A stretch of DNA of 64,000 bases, taken from Octopus vulgaris. Its lineage: Eukaryota. The number at the start of each line of letters is the position of its first letter. The stretch's first letter is position 1. The notes below the pieces were generated by a model. The model saw nothing but the letters and a program-made list of their open reading frames with translations, made no database searches and had not been told where the DNA came from. The translations under genes were made by a program, and so were the position numbers. Positions 38,831 through 52,755 of the stretch are shown piece after piece. The DNA is taken from contig OX597822.1 of NCBI GenBank assembly GCA_951406725.2, positions 70,122,001 to 70,186,000 of the forward strand, given 5' to 3'.

Positions 38831-41675
38831 TTTCATTTTGACCACTAATATTAGTGATTTTGGGAAATGACTGAAAGAAAAGACTGTTAAATATCTATAA
38901 TTCTAGTTTCATTTCACTCCTGCTGATTTGAAGTGTACTATGATTTCTATTTATTCAAGCAGTAGTTTAGGCTATATTTTTGAATAAAGCTTTATTTAAC
39001 TTCAGGAGATACCCATTCCCTGGTCCTCATGTTCCCTGTAAATACAAAGAGTCCATTTTTCACGATTAATGAGCTGCAAATTGTTTTGTGAGAAAACTAT
39101 ATTCTCATTCGAGATTTACAAAGGCAAATTTGTGTATAAAGCTTGGCTGTTATTTTTTTGAAAATTTATTTGCATTTTGTATTTACAGTACTGACATATT
39201 TTATCACGAGTGTTTTGATAGAGTAAATGAATGATGTTAACTTTGGCAGTAAACTGGGTTTTCTTGTGGTCTCATCTTAGGAGCTCATTGTACATATTAC
39301 CATACTTCTCTTCCACCTTAAAAAAAAAAACCCAGAAAAAATAAAATAAAAACAAAACAGACAACTACTTTGGTAAGCCTGAACTTGATATTGGTATACT
39401 AAAAATATACAAGCTATTAAATCAATTCTTGGCACTTTTGAAGTCTCATATACTCTATGAACTTTTGAGCATGTAATGTTGATTTCTTCGTACATTTACA
39501 CAATTATTATTTCAAGATATACAGGTTTTATTTATTTAACATAAAAGAATAAAGGATAATGTTTATTTTCAATTTCACTTTATTAGGTAAGATATTTAAA
39601 CCGAATTAAGTAATCCATGTTTACAAACTAGCCTTCAATACTTTGTGAATTAATTCTCCATCCTTCTTCTCCACCTACTATTCTTCAATGGCTTTGATAT
39701 GCACTGACCTCATCACTGATGTGAGGCCCCTCCTACTGGATTAATTTACTAGTATTTGATCTGAAGTCCTTCAGCTAGGGATCATCAGTGCCATTCACTG
39801 AAGGAAATATATCTAAGAATGAACGGTATAATTTCTCACATTTCTGATGAGTTTGCAACAGATTCAACTCCTAGTTGAAATGATTTTCTCTGACATTATT
39901 ACTAATACCATGTAGTAAGACATGAGTATTACAATGTTTCTCTCTGTCTATAAATCTTTTACTGAAAAAAAGTCAAGTACTTAATACTTTCTATCAGCCG
40001 TGTTTGAGACTGATGTCATATCTTCAGTTTGACATGAGATTGTATTGTACACACTTCACCACACCACTGTTTGGGTGGTCAGGGCACAGTGGGGTTAACT
40101 GGATATGTTACATGTTTATTTTACTATATACTTTGATGTAATAGTATTTTGTTGTTGTTATTTAAGCTCATGTTAGCCCTGATCAAGCAAACCTATGATA
40201 AAAAACATCCCTGATGTAACCATCACATTTTGTATATAAAGGACTTCATTTTCTAGTGTATTCTGTATTTTACATGGTAGACTGTGATTTACAAGTGATT
40301 TGACTGCTATATCTAGCAGGTTGAGTGACTTTGTAAAACCTCCCTTGTTGACCTATTTTGTTTATGATTCAAAAGTTTGGTAGTTGTGGCAAGGGGAATG
40401 CTTAAGGAAGGTTTAAGCATTTCTCAGTTTTGATTCTTTGTATTATGTGAATATGTATTGTTTAGATTAACTAACTAAAACAGTAACCAAGTGTTAGTAA
40501 TAGAATATTATGAATTGTAACATATGAAGATATGTTCAAAGTTTTAAGCTTCACACCTTATTCCCAGTTGGTTAATTTAGTAGGTTAGAATTTATATGTA
40601 TTTGGTATCCCGGTTCATTACAATTGGGGCTTATCAGACACGTACTCATTCTAAGTTATTGAGAACTTGGAATAAGATCAACGTTGCTTGTTGTAGTTTG
40701 GTCTACTTTAGCAAGCCATTCAGTAGATGTGTCATTACAGTGTACTTGAAACTACACACCAGCGGGCTTAACGTAAGTAACAGGCTTGGCACATTGTAAC
40801 AAGCTTGGCACTCTGATGCAGGTTTGGCATTACCTTGTATCAGTTACATTTTGGGAGTTGTATTAATGCAATTTAAAATATATTAATATAATCAGAACTT
40901 TTACACGCTTTGGGAAAGTGTCAACAGCTCCTCACCAATTGAGCATGATATAATTAAATAATCTCAATTTTCTGTATGGTTGTATATCTTTGAATGCAGC
41001 CAGGAAGGGAAAATGGATATTATTTTGGTGAAAAAAACCTCCATGAAGTTCTAGACATTAGAGTAAAATAGGAAAAACAAAATGTGAGTAAACTAGTAAA
41101 AGAACTAAGGAGTGTTTTGTGTTGAAAAAGATATGCAAACACAACTTCAGAAGGTTAGGCTTTACCTACCATCTTTCAACTTAACAACTAGGTCAGCTGC
41201 CAAGAATGTTGGATCTCTCTCATGTGCTTGTAAATTTCTGAAGCCTGAGTGTATTCTTGTACCTCTGTAAGACCACCATTTGACCTGGCTTTGAATACAT
41301 CTATCATTTTTGAGTTGGTGCCTCCTCTGAGTGTCTTCATTTTCTCAATTATATCCAGAATTGAGTTGTTAACATGGTGGGTCTTCTTCTTTTTTCAAAA
41401 TCTAGGTTGGAGTTACAGGCTCATTCTCAGAATGTTTCTTCAATTTGTCTTTTGTAGAAGTATTTCCATGGTCGTTGCTCCGATGAACTTTCCAACCTAG
41501 TACCCTCTCTCAAGACCGTTAAAAGAGTCATCCACTTCTCTTCTCAGGCACATTGTTTCTCTGTTGAGCTTCCTGTTGGTTAAAAGTCCTTTCATTCTAA
41601 TAGCTTCTTTCCTGCTGTTATCAGGAACTCGCTACCATTGTCTTGTTCTCTTCTGATCTATAATATTCAGTCCTT

Positions 41676-42150
41676 TTAACCTTTTTATTACTATATTTCT
41701 GTTGAGATGCTCTGTATTTCTTTGACTTCATTTTAAATATATCAAAGAATTTAGTAAAATATCATTAAGCTAGTATTAGGAACATAAATTGTGAGTAAGG
41801 TTTGGTGGAAGATTTTAATTCAAAATTCAAAACCTTTGAAAACAAGACATTTGTGCTACAGAGCCAGAGGTGGTTTTAGGTGGCTTGGTATTGAAAGGGT
41901 TAAGAATTGTTTCTCTATTATATATTTTAACCCTTTTGTTACCATATTTCTATTGAGATGCTCTGTGTTTCTTTCACTTCATTTTGAATACAACAAAGAA
42001 CTTAGTAAAATAACTTAGTTATCATTAAGCTAGTGTTAGGAACATAAATTGTGAGTAAGGTTTGGTGGAAGATTCTAATTCAGAACTTTTGAAAACAAGA
42101 CATTTGTGCTACAGAGCCAGAGTTGGTTACAGCTGGGTTGGTATAAAAAG
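41676..42150 (+). mobile_element. piggyBac-like MITE tandem dimer (second copy)
   Basis: Same two-unit structure; spacer 41904-41926 is homologous to 26810-26832. Confidence 0.85.
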
Positions 42151-43469
42151 CTCTCTGTCAATCGACATCTTTTGAGTTTGTTGGGTCCTTTGTTTCTTTC
42201 TTTGTAATCTCTTACACTACTGTGGCCTCAAGCCCTGAGCCCTGTTTGAAACAAAATTGTTGAAAATAAAAAGAGAAGGTCCTTCTTTTGGAATCAAAAG
42301 AGTATCCAAGAGACAGTTGACCAAGATTTGCATACTGTCATTGACTGTTATAACTTCACAACAAGGTGGACTACTGGTTGGACTTGTGAGATTGTTTGAC
42401 TGCTCCAGTATTTGGCTATGAGATGTCTTGGCACAGCTATTTTGGTACCACTTATTATTTGGTATTGCTGATTCAATGCTCATTATTTGACATCAGATTT
42501 CTCTCTCTCTCTCTCTATGGGCATGAGCATCTAGCTGTTTTTATGTATGTCTAATGTCTCAATGTCTCTCTCTTTTCCTCTTTCTCTTACTTTCTCACTA
42601 TCTGCTTGTGTACATTTCTCTGCGTGTGCCTCCAGTGTCAAAATGTATTGTTGCCAAACCGGTTGAATGCCCAACCAACCATAGTAAACCATGAGCCTCC
42701 AACCAACCTTGCTCAGTCATCTAATTATGCCAGCTTTTTTGGCTGGTTTTAATGTTATTACATTCAGGTATATTAGATAATTGGAGAAAATGTGGTAAAA
42801 GAAATACAAAAACTTAACACTATTCTTAATAGTACCATTCCTGAAATAATTGGGATTAATTTGCATTTGAAAGCTAATTTAGCAAAATTTATGAGTCTTT
42901 CTCTTTAAAGGTTAAGCACATTAATACAGTTTTATATATTTTAGTCTCATAAAACTAGTTGATAATTAATTGTGCAAGGAATTATTTTTGAGAAATTAAT
43001 GAATTCTTTGAATTAATTAAATTTTTTAGAAAAGTATGGTGGCAGTTATGCTGTGGTGATAAATTTTTGGCAAACTGCCAGCAATCCTTTTCAGATTCCT
43101 GTTAGAAGTTTCTTCACTTACATAAATGATGTACTCATGATAGCACAGCTGTAAAAAAATTCCATTTCTTCTTCCCATTCATATGCTAAGTTTATGTAAA
43201 ACAAATTCTTTTTGAGAAAGAGATTAAATCTGAAAGTTATAATTTCAGACATAACACTTTTTATTTTAGAGCAATCAGTTTGTTGTCTGTCGTAGATCCT
43301 GCATCAGTTAACCAACATTGTTACAATATAAAAAAAAACAAGCAAAACAAAAAAACAAACACAAAACCCTTAACCCTTTAGTATTCAAGTTACTTTCAAA
43401 TCTAATGTTTGTTTATTCATGTTATTTTGAATTAATCATACATTATCTCATAGCTTCAAGATTTCGGTG

Positions 43470-43750
43470 ATATCATCATCATCATCATCGTTTAGCGTCC
43501 GCTTTCCATGCTAGCATGGGTTGGACGGTTCAACTGGGGTCTGGGAAGCCAGAAGGCTGCACCAGGCCCAATCTGATCTGGCAATGTTTCTACGGCTGGA
43601 TGCCCTTCCTAACACCAACCACTCCATGAGTGTAGTAGGTGCTTTTTACGTGCCACCGGCACAGGTGCCAGATGAGTCTGGCAAACGGCCACGATTGGAT
43701 GGTGCTTTTTACGTGCCACTGGCACAGGGGCCAGGCGAGGCTGGCAAATG
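43470..43750 (-). mobile_element. Retroposon family C (young) nested in a MITE
   Basis: (CAT)n tail, CpG-rich body and an internal ~62-bp tandem unit. Confidence 0.88.
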
Positions 43751-44296
43751 ATTACTTATTTTAGAATGACTAGTTTTAACATAAAACTAGTTGAATATTT
43801 GGGCCAAATATGACCAGTTAAAATGCTAAAAACTTCATGTAATGTTTTGATCAAAGATGTCTGATTATTTTGGTATAAAATTAGCAGACTTGAATTATGC
43901 AAAATGGATTGGTCTGTTAATTTCTTTTTGAGATGAACATAAGCTGGTCAGATTGAAAAAATCCAAATAAACTCCAAATGTTGTCTTCTGAAAGGATTAG
44001 CCAGTAGAATTCCATAGGAAGACTTTATAGTGGAGAAGGATATTTCTCATTTAACCAATGAATTTAATGACCCACAAATGTTTCACCATTACTCGTTTTC
44101 ATTTTTTTTTTTACCTTAAACATAGAGAGTCTTTGAGATTGCAATACTGAGATTATGAATATTGATGCTTTCAGAATTTTTTATTTCAAAATTGCAACTC
44201 ATCAACAAAGTGGATGGTTTGTAATGTCAACCAATCCCGACAGTTTAGCATCTTATTCTGGAGTAGTTTTACTCCTTTAAATGTATTCCTCTTGAT

Positions 44297-44490
44297 CAGT
44301 GGTTTCAACTATGACTCTCAGGGGCCATGCGACCCTCAAGCATCCTTCCAGTGGCCCTTGATGATCTTCCCTTTATAGATATAATAATTCTACATAAAAT
44401 GATTTGTTTTTTTACTTTTTTTTAGATAATCCACTAAAAAGATCCAGGTTTTGGATCTAGTCTGGATATTAAAACGTTTGAGAATCACTG
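44297..44490. mobile_element. hAT-like MITE (old)
   Basis: CAGTGGTTTCAA...TTGAGAATCACTG termini; TSD not clear. Confidence 0.55.
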
Positions 44491-46079
44491 ATCCTCATCC
44501 TGCCTAATACCTTTTCATAGGCAATCAACATGTTACAATGAAGAATTTTGATTATATTTCAAGACCGTCACTACTAATGATAAAAAAACACAAAATGTAA
44601 CAAGTACTGATCTGCTCAACATAACAGTGAAATCATCCAGTGAACTACATCGGGACAACACGTTTTGTAGATCTAAAGTTTTGGTGAACATTCCCTTAGC
44701 ATAGTCACATTAACCATAACTAGTCAACCAGCTTCATACATAGATCTACATGAATGGATCTGACTTAGTTTCCCACAGACATCATCACCAGCAGTAGCAG
44801 CAACAACAACTTGGAAAATGTGACTACTGCATAATAAATTGTGGTTTGTCACCACAGCCTATCACAAGACGTATAAAATATATATCTTGTTCTTGGAACT
44901 AAGTCAAACTGAATCTCATTAATTTTATTATGTACTACATGCTGTGTCACATTATTAGCAGATTGCATAATGGGTGCAGCTTGGAGACATGAGAGTTGTC
45001 TCTGTTAGTTTGCAGGTGATGTTCTGTTGGTCTGTTTTGACTAGATTTAGCTGTTCATTTGTGCATTCCAGAAATTACTGTGAAAAACTCCAGGTATGTG
45101 AGTCATCACCTGCACATTCTAATGGTTTGTCTCTTTATTTTTGAAAATTCAAGGAAAAATTTATTTACAAATTGAATAAGAAGTAAATCGGTTTTAGCAA
45201 TCTTGTAAAATGGGATATTTTTAAAGTTTAAATCCAGAGAATGGGGAGGATAGCAAAAAAATGGAAAAAGAAAACAAAACAAATGCAACAACAAAAAACA
45301 AACCAAAAACCCCCAAAAGCCAAAAAAACCCTAACAAAAAACAAACAAAAAAGGGAAAACTGCAAAAAAAAAAAAATGAAGTAAAAAAGCAATTTATATG
45401 AATATTTTTTTTATTTTACTTTACTGCAGCTATTTTGTCAACTAGAGTGGATGGAAAGCAATGTTGACTCTAGCAGTATTTTAGCTTAGAGACATAAAGC
45501 CCTGAATTAAGTAAATGTTAATCGTCTACTGTCGCTTCCTTCCCACTCTGTTTGTCGTTTTCACATTTACAGTTGCATGCATAATGACTAAACGATTATC
45601 CTGTTTTTGTTTCACGGGTCATGAAAGTCATCTGTTGCTGCAGGCATTACATTCTCTTGGACAAAGTACTTTATATACCTTGCAGCCGAACCAATGCCAA
45701 GAAAATGAAAACACGTGCGCAACACGTTTGTGATTGATTAGCCCCAAAATTATTGTCCTGCTGTCTGTTTTCACTTAACTTAGGAAATGGTTGTAATTTG
45801 CTTGTGAAAGAATTATCGAATACATTAAGTTTGCAGTTTTATTTAATGGGGTTGTTTTTACTTATTAAATAATGCCAGCCCCTTGGATTGTTTGTTTTAT
45901 TTTGTTCTCTCCAGTGCATTGTTTTTTTTTTTTTTTTTATCAAACAACTGTCTTTTGACTAAAGTGTTCTCCCTTATTAGTGCCCCCCACCAAAAAAAAA
46001 TGTGACTCATGACTACAACATGTTATCAATAATTTTATACTTTTATGCTCTGAACACTAGTGGCTTTTATTCTTGAGAC

Positions 46080-46132
<53 letters not shown>

Positions 46133-46959
46133 TTTCTGATGCAGATAAATAGGCTTCTAGACCAACTTGTTGGGATTGTACATTTCTATGAATTCCATGT
46201 TTGTGTTGGTGTAAGGATTCTGAAAAAATTTGAGTAGAAACCCCCTTTTAGTCTTGACAATCCAATTATGGCAGTGTAATATCATCATCATCATTTAATG
46301 TCTGTTTTCCATGCTGGCATAGGTTGGATGGTTTGACGGTTTTGGCATGGTTTCTATGACTGGATACCCTTTTTAATGCCACCCACTTTATATAGTGTAC
46401 TGGATGCTTTTTTTTTCGTACAACTAGCATTAATGAGGTTACCAAGTAACTTGCAAGATAAGAAAAGAACAAGAAGAAGGAAAAAGGAAAAAGGGAGAAA
46501 AGAAAAAAGGGGCAAAAGGAAAAAGGGGAAAAAAGCTTCTTTGACTAAATGGGCAGGGACTATTTGAGAAGGGGAGGAGGCAGTGATGTTCTATGCTAAA
46601 GTGTAATGGAAAGACAAGCCCAGGTGTCTTGCTATTGAGGAGATGTAAGGCTACCTTGTGGAAAGAAGATAGAGATGTTGATGACAAGATTCAGACCTTC
46701 CAGTTTCTAGTTCAACATTTTAGCTAAATGTTTACATGTGTAGTTTTGAGGTTGAAATTAAATTTTGAGTTTTATTTTTATAGAAACGTAAAAGAGGAAA
46801 CATGATAACTTGACAAGTGGAAACTTTAAATTTTGGAAATTATTGTACATCTGTTAAAATAGTTTGAAGGCAAAGGTACATCTTTTTTGTTCTGAAGCGA
46901 GGAAAGAAAAAAAAAAAACAACAGTATAGGTTTAGGTTAATTTGCCTGTTGCTTTAGCC

Positions 46960-47136
46960 CAGCACTTCTTAAACTTTTTTCATTCATGACCCCATTTTTC
47001 ATCATGAGATTTTTCATGATCCCAGGTATTAAATATGTGTTTGTGAAATAACATATAAACTGAAATTCAAGTGTTTGAATTCAATTTTCATGACCCCCAG
47101 CATTTCACTTCGTGACCCATAGTTTAAGAAGTGCTG
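46960..47136. mobile_element. hAT-like MITE
   Basis: Perfect 16-bp TIR CAGCACTTCTTAAACT; 8-bp TSD CTTTAGCC / CTTTAGCA; internal repeated ATGACCCC motifs. Confidence 0.9.
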
Positions 47137-49914
47137 CTTTAGCACATCCAAATGATAACCTTAATAAGTTGAGATATAAAAATTCTTTTACAAACATTCT
47201 TCCGAATATTAAAGGTTGCACAATGTTATGAAAAGGAAACACTGAGAAATGCTTAGGTATTTTCCTGAGGTAATGGAAAATCTTAAAGGTAGATTTTAGT
47301 GTCAATTCTTTTTAACCTGACAAAGTTCAGCAGAATATCCAAATGCATAAAAAAAAACAACAACAAAAAAACCTAAAATGGAACACCTATAACGAATGAA
47401 AAATTTGCAAACACACTTTGAACCTGATTTTTGTTTTTCATTTTATCAGTGTAAGCTTTTTACTCTTCCACATGAAGTGAAAGTTCTAAAATAGGTTGTT
47501 ATTTGAACATTTTTTTCCAAAATATTTTATACATGCACTTAAGTAACTACATCTCAAAATTATTTCACATTTCTTTTTGTCTAAAAACACCATTTAAAAA
47601 AAATTCCCTTTCTAAGTGGAAAAGTGTGAATTGACATAAGTCACCTATTTTAGTAGGTGTCTATGTCAAAGCTCAGTAAATGGTCTTCGCCTCATTAAAC
47701 TTAAATGCTCTTCAGATATTCTTTCCTCGCTCTTTGTATATCCAGAAATGTTCCTTAATAATATTTTCTTTTGATACTATTTTTAATGAAACGAGATCTC
47801 TTTTAGTTTTCTTTTTCCTTCTTTTTTTTTTATTTGTAGTTGTCAATTTGTTTAGTTATTCTTTGTTCTTTGAACTTCTTTTGGTAATCATGAAGTTATG
47901 TGGTATAATGTGATGTGAATGAATTAAGTTGGCACAATTACTGTATAGTTTTTATTCAAAATAGGCAAAAATGAAAGTCTTTTGATGATGGCAACAAAAA
48001 AAAAAGAAACAGCAAAAAAAAAAAGAGAGAAAAGAAAACTCAAGTGATGTTTACAAGAGTCAACACTTTGGTAGAATGATACTATACAGTAGATGTGAAT
48101 TGAAGTTCATATCGTAAATAATGGTAATGTTAAGATCAAAGAGGGTGTTGGTTGCAGTAGATGGGATGAAGTCATAGACAACAAATTTGGTCTAGTAATG
48201 AAACTAATGAGATAATAACGAGAGCAGTTTATACTGTAATATGTAATTTTTATTTTATTTTATTATATGTTCTGAACTTTTATTTATGAAATATTTTTAG
48301 TATGACTGTTGCTCACTGATTGATTCTGTAACATATTTTATAGTAATTGTTCAACTAGATTCATTATATATGACAAGTGAGAGGAAATGAAACCTGAAAG
48401 ACACAAGCAGACAGACAGATACACACACATACACACACTCACATGTACATGCACACAACCACATGTCACGCACACGCTCATGCATGCCCCTCCCCGCACC
48501 TCACACATGCCACATACACGATTATTGAATTTGTTTTCTTTGCTCTGCAAGCATTGTTTGCACTTTACTGTATCAGACAAAGGCTCCCTATTTTCTGTAT
48601 AACAAGTGTAAGCTTCACATATAATTGGAATAAGCAAATCAGCAATTTGTATTCAGCCTGTATTGAATACCCTGACTGGTTCATCAGTGTGTTGCACTGT
48701 GCTACTACATAGGTTAATGAGGTGTGTTTTAGAAATATCGTTTGGAACTTACGCATCAAATATGAAAATATCTCTTCGAATTTTATATATGATTCTTACT
48801 GAAAAAGAAAACCAGTATTCTCTACCAGAATGCTGCTTACAAAATTAGCTGCAACATATGCTGTATTAATTACTGAGATGCTGCTTACTCGAACCAATAC
48901 TTCTAAGTCTAAGTACAGATGTCTCATGATACTCAACAGTCAAAAGCAATTTTCTCCTTATTGGAACCAGTGAAGAGAACTATTTATGTTCATTGTATCA
49001 CCATTGTAGATTAACAACGCTATGAATTATTCAAGAAAACTATTTAAAAGCAACAACAACAAAACATGGCCAAATATAGGCATATGTCTTCATTTCCTTG
49101 ATAATACAGTTTAGTTTCATGATTATTTATTATTCATAACCAATATTTTAGTTGAAGTACTGTTACTATTGTACATTATGTAATACCTTCTGGATGGTTT
49201 CTTATTCACTCTGTTTCTCTTTGTGATAAACAATAATGGATATTCTTTTTTTTTTTGTAATTTAATTTAATTTTTTTTTTAAATTTCATTATTTTTGTTT
49301 ATTTAACTATCTTTTACATTGATATTTAACCAATGTCGAGTTAATTCTAAAAAATAAATAAATATTAAGATAACAACAACAACAACAATAATAATAATAT
49401 GACCTGGGTTGCAGTAATTTTGTGCACGGTTCTTATATATTCATTGTTCTAATTCTTCCAATTCAATATTTGAGATAATGGTTGTCGTCTGCAATTTCCT
49501 TCTTTCTTTGTGCTTATTTTAATTGAAAGACTATTAGTTTTTTCTTTTTTTTTTGAAAGGAAGGATTGGGGTGGTGGGGAGATCTTCTTGGCTAGTTTGT
49601 TGTTGTAAATAAATTTTTTTTTTCTATCATATTCTTCATTGTCTTTTCAAATGAATTATTCTGTATTTGATTAAATTTACCACAGAATATAACTAGGAAA
49701 GGAAATAAATATTGCATTGCTATGTCTCTTGTTATAACCATTTTAATATTAGTTTTTTTAAAATCTTTTATTCACACAAGTCAAAAGAATCCTCTTTTAT
49801 CACATTTTACACGATTTGGATAATGCCTCTAGAATTAGCACAAAAGTTAACCATTCCTGATGGAATGGATAGAATTGGATGTTGTTATCGCACACAATAA
49901 CATGTTATTCTGGT

Positions 49915-50336
49915 GTAGGCATGGCTATGTGGTTAAGAAGCTCACTTTGTAATCATGCAGTTTTGGGTTCAGTTCCACTGTGTGGTATGTTGGGCAAGTG
50001 TCTTCTACTATACCCCCAAGTTGCCCAATGTCTTTTGAGTGAGTTTGGTTGATGGAAACTGTGGAAACCCCATGATTTAGTGTCCGCTTTCCATGCTGGC
50101 ATGGGTTAGATGGTTTGACTGGAACTGGTAAACCAGAAAGCTGCACCAAGTTCCAGTTTGATTTGCCATGGTTTCTATGGCTGGATGCCCTTCCTAATGC
50201 CAACCAGTCCAAGAGTGTAATGGGTGCTTTTCATGTGCTACCAGCATGGATGCCAGTTACGTGACACTGGCATGCAAATCACCAAAGGTCTCGGTCATAT
50301 AAATAAATATATATCATCATCATACACACACGCACA

Positions 50337-50380
<44 letters not shown>

Positions 50381-50582
50381 TATATATATTTGTATATATC
50401 TCTGTGTGTGTTTGTTCCCCCACTCCTTGATAATCAGTGTTGGTTTGTTTACATCCTCAAAACTTAGTAGTTCAGCAAAAGATACTGTAAGAATAAGTAC
50501 CAGACTTTAAAAGAAAAAACAGTTCAAGGCAGTGCCCCAGCATGGCCACAGTGCAATGACTGATACAAGTTAAAGATAAAAG
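49915..50582 (+). mobile_element. SINE family A with a nested inverted family C element (~50073-50275)
   Basis: Homology to both families. Confidence 0.8.
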
Positions 50583-50643
50583 ATACTTAAGAATGGTCCT
50601 TAAAATGACTGGCATTGTAGGCAATAGATATAATGATAATATA

Positions 50644-50829
50644 CTGTATTTGATGGCATAAAAGATGTATAGGCCTATTAGATACTCCCTAATTTAAACA
50701 GTTCATATTTAGAAAATAAAGTTTTTAGTGTATTAAAGCTTATGGGAAACCCAACTTTGCATATAATCTGGGGTGATTTTTTGAGACACTTTTTAAAAAG
50801 ATTGCATTTTATAATGCCATCAAATATAG
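50644..50829. mobile_element. TA-flanked MITE (Tc1/pogo-like)
   Basis: TA-CTGTATTTGATGGCAT...ATGCCATCAAATATAG-TA. Related copies at about 31053-31210 and 53655-53822. Confidence 0.8.
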
Positions 50830-51683
50830 TACTTGAACATGAAATACACTTGTGCCAAAATGTCAGCCCACCATGTCTGTTTGAAAGAAAGCACAGCTGT
50901 TGGTATTTATAAATTTTTAGCGCAATTTTTTTTTGTAATAATAACACCCTTATTCTTTTTATATGTCATAAAAATGGTTCTATCTTCTTTAGTTGAGAAG
51001 CATCAATAGATTTTGTCTCCAAAGGATGGGTGTGTAATTCTTACCTGCCTCAGTTAGTAATTTAAACTAATTGGTGCAAATAGATGTGTTTTGTTAAAGA
51101 ATTGACCATCATTGAATGACATGATAGATTCAAGACAATTCTAGCCATTTTGTTATGTACCTTGGCAAGGTATATTGTTATATTTGTTTCAGCCTGCTAT
51201 TCTTCATTGATGAGTGATGTGTAGTAAGTAGAAAGAGTGTTTATATAGTGTATACATATAATGTTTATAGAATGTATGCATTATATAATGTTGTTTATAT
51301 AATGTATACATTTTCAAACCCTATCGCTCCTTTAATGCTATCAAGGAAAATAGATATAAAAAACCTTACCTTCACGAGAGGGGGCGGAGGTAAGAGAGAA
51401 AGAGAGATTTCAGGAACTTTTGCTCTAAGTGGAGCATGACTATAAGCAGGGAAACATGAAAAAAATGTGAGTGTAAGCAGTGTGACTATAATGGTAGTCA
51501 CTACTCTTTCTCTTGCTAATCGGATATGCCAAATGAGGAAACAGTACATAATGAGAATATTGTGTGACAAAATGTATAAATAAATAAAAATGCCAAATAT
51601 TATAGCTCATTTGTAGTAATTTCCAAATTAGCCAATAGTATTTGGAATTTTGTATGCAACAAGAAGTTTAGCATTCACATTAA

Positions 51684-52022
51684 GTAAAGACCCCCTTCAG
51701 TTATGCACCTAGAAAATGGGATTGAACTTAGAAAGTTCCCCTCCAAGGCACAAATCCAGGCAAGGTTGTTTTATGGAAGACCAGCAGTCACCCATACATA
51801 CCAGCCACCCCTTTCCATGCCACCGATGTTATCCAAGGGAAAGGCAAAGACCGATAAAACTTGGCACCAGTGGTGTTGCAACACATTCTACAGCTGAGTG
51901 AACTGGAGCAACATGAAATAAAGTCTTGCTCAAGAACACAACACACAGCTTGGTCCAGGAATCGAACTCACTACCTCATGATTGTAAGCTCGATGCTTTA
52001 ACCACTGAGCCATACACCTTCA
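51684..52022 (-). mobile_element. tRNA-derived SINE: family-D-like head with a different tail
   Basis: TGGCTCAGTGG / GAGTTCGATTCC boxes. Flanking repeat TTCACATTAA at 51674-51683 and 52019-52028. Confidence 0.85.
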
Positions 52023-52344
52023 CATTAAATTGTATTATAATTCTTATTTATTGGCATTGTTTTGAATTAATTGGGCATTATGCCATGTCTTTGAGATTTT
52101 AATGATGTGCATGTATATGCTTAGAACGACATGGCAAGGTTGGGGTGAGAGAACTGGTTGGTTTGAACATAAAACAGGTAGAATATTCTGGTTGGATTTT
52201 GCCTGTTTAAATGGTAAAGAGTTAAAGGCAACCCTCCAAAAAATGACTTTAGTATAGGAATAAATAATATACCACTTAAATGTGATTCTCTTATAGATTG
52301 AAGTATTAATGGTCTGCTTACTTTTTTTTTCAACCTTTAAATTT

Positions 52345-52547
52345 TTACTTATTTTAGTCATTTGACTGTGGCCATGCTGGGATGCCATCTTGAAAGGTTT
52401 TAGTCAAACAAATTGACCCAATACTTATTTTGAAAATCAGTGCTTATTTTGTCAGATTCTTTTGCCAAACTGCTATATTATGAGGATGAAGTAAGCAAAT
52501 TAACAACACTTGTCAATTAGTAGGTGGGACACACACACATACACACA

Positions 52548-52598
<51 letters not shown>

Positions 52599-52755
52599 GG
52601 CTTCCACATAGTTTCTGTCTACCAGATTAACTCATAAGACACTGGATGATCTGGAGCTGCAGTAGAAGACACTTTCCCAAAGCACCACAGGAAGGGACTG
52701 AACCTGGAACCATGTAGTTGCTAAGTGAATTTCTTCACCTGACAGCCATGTTTGC
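52345..52755 (-). mobile_element. SINE family A (diverged)
   Basis: Colinear homology; internal (CA)n. Confidence 0.78.

Noticed and set aside
39760-39790. CTGATGA-TCC...GGA on the minus strand
   Set aside because: Lacks the GAAA core and stem III, so it is too degenerate to call.
43295-43325. GATCCTGCA (DPA) after TAG as the possible preceding kinase exon
   Set aside because: It continues as SVNQH with no GNGTYG, and the acceptor phase does not fit.
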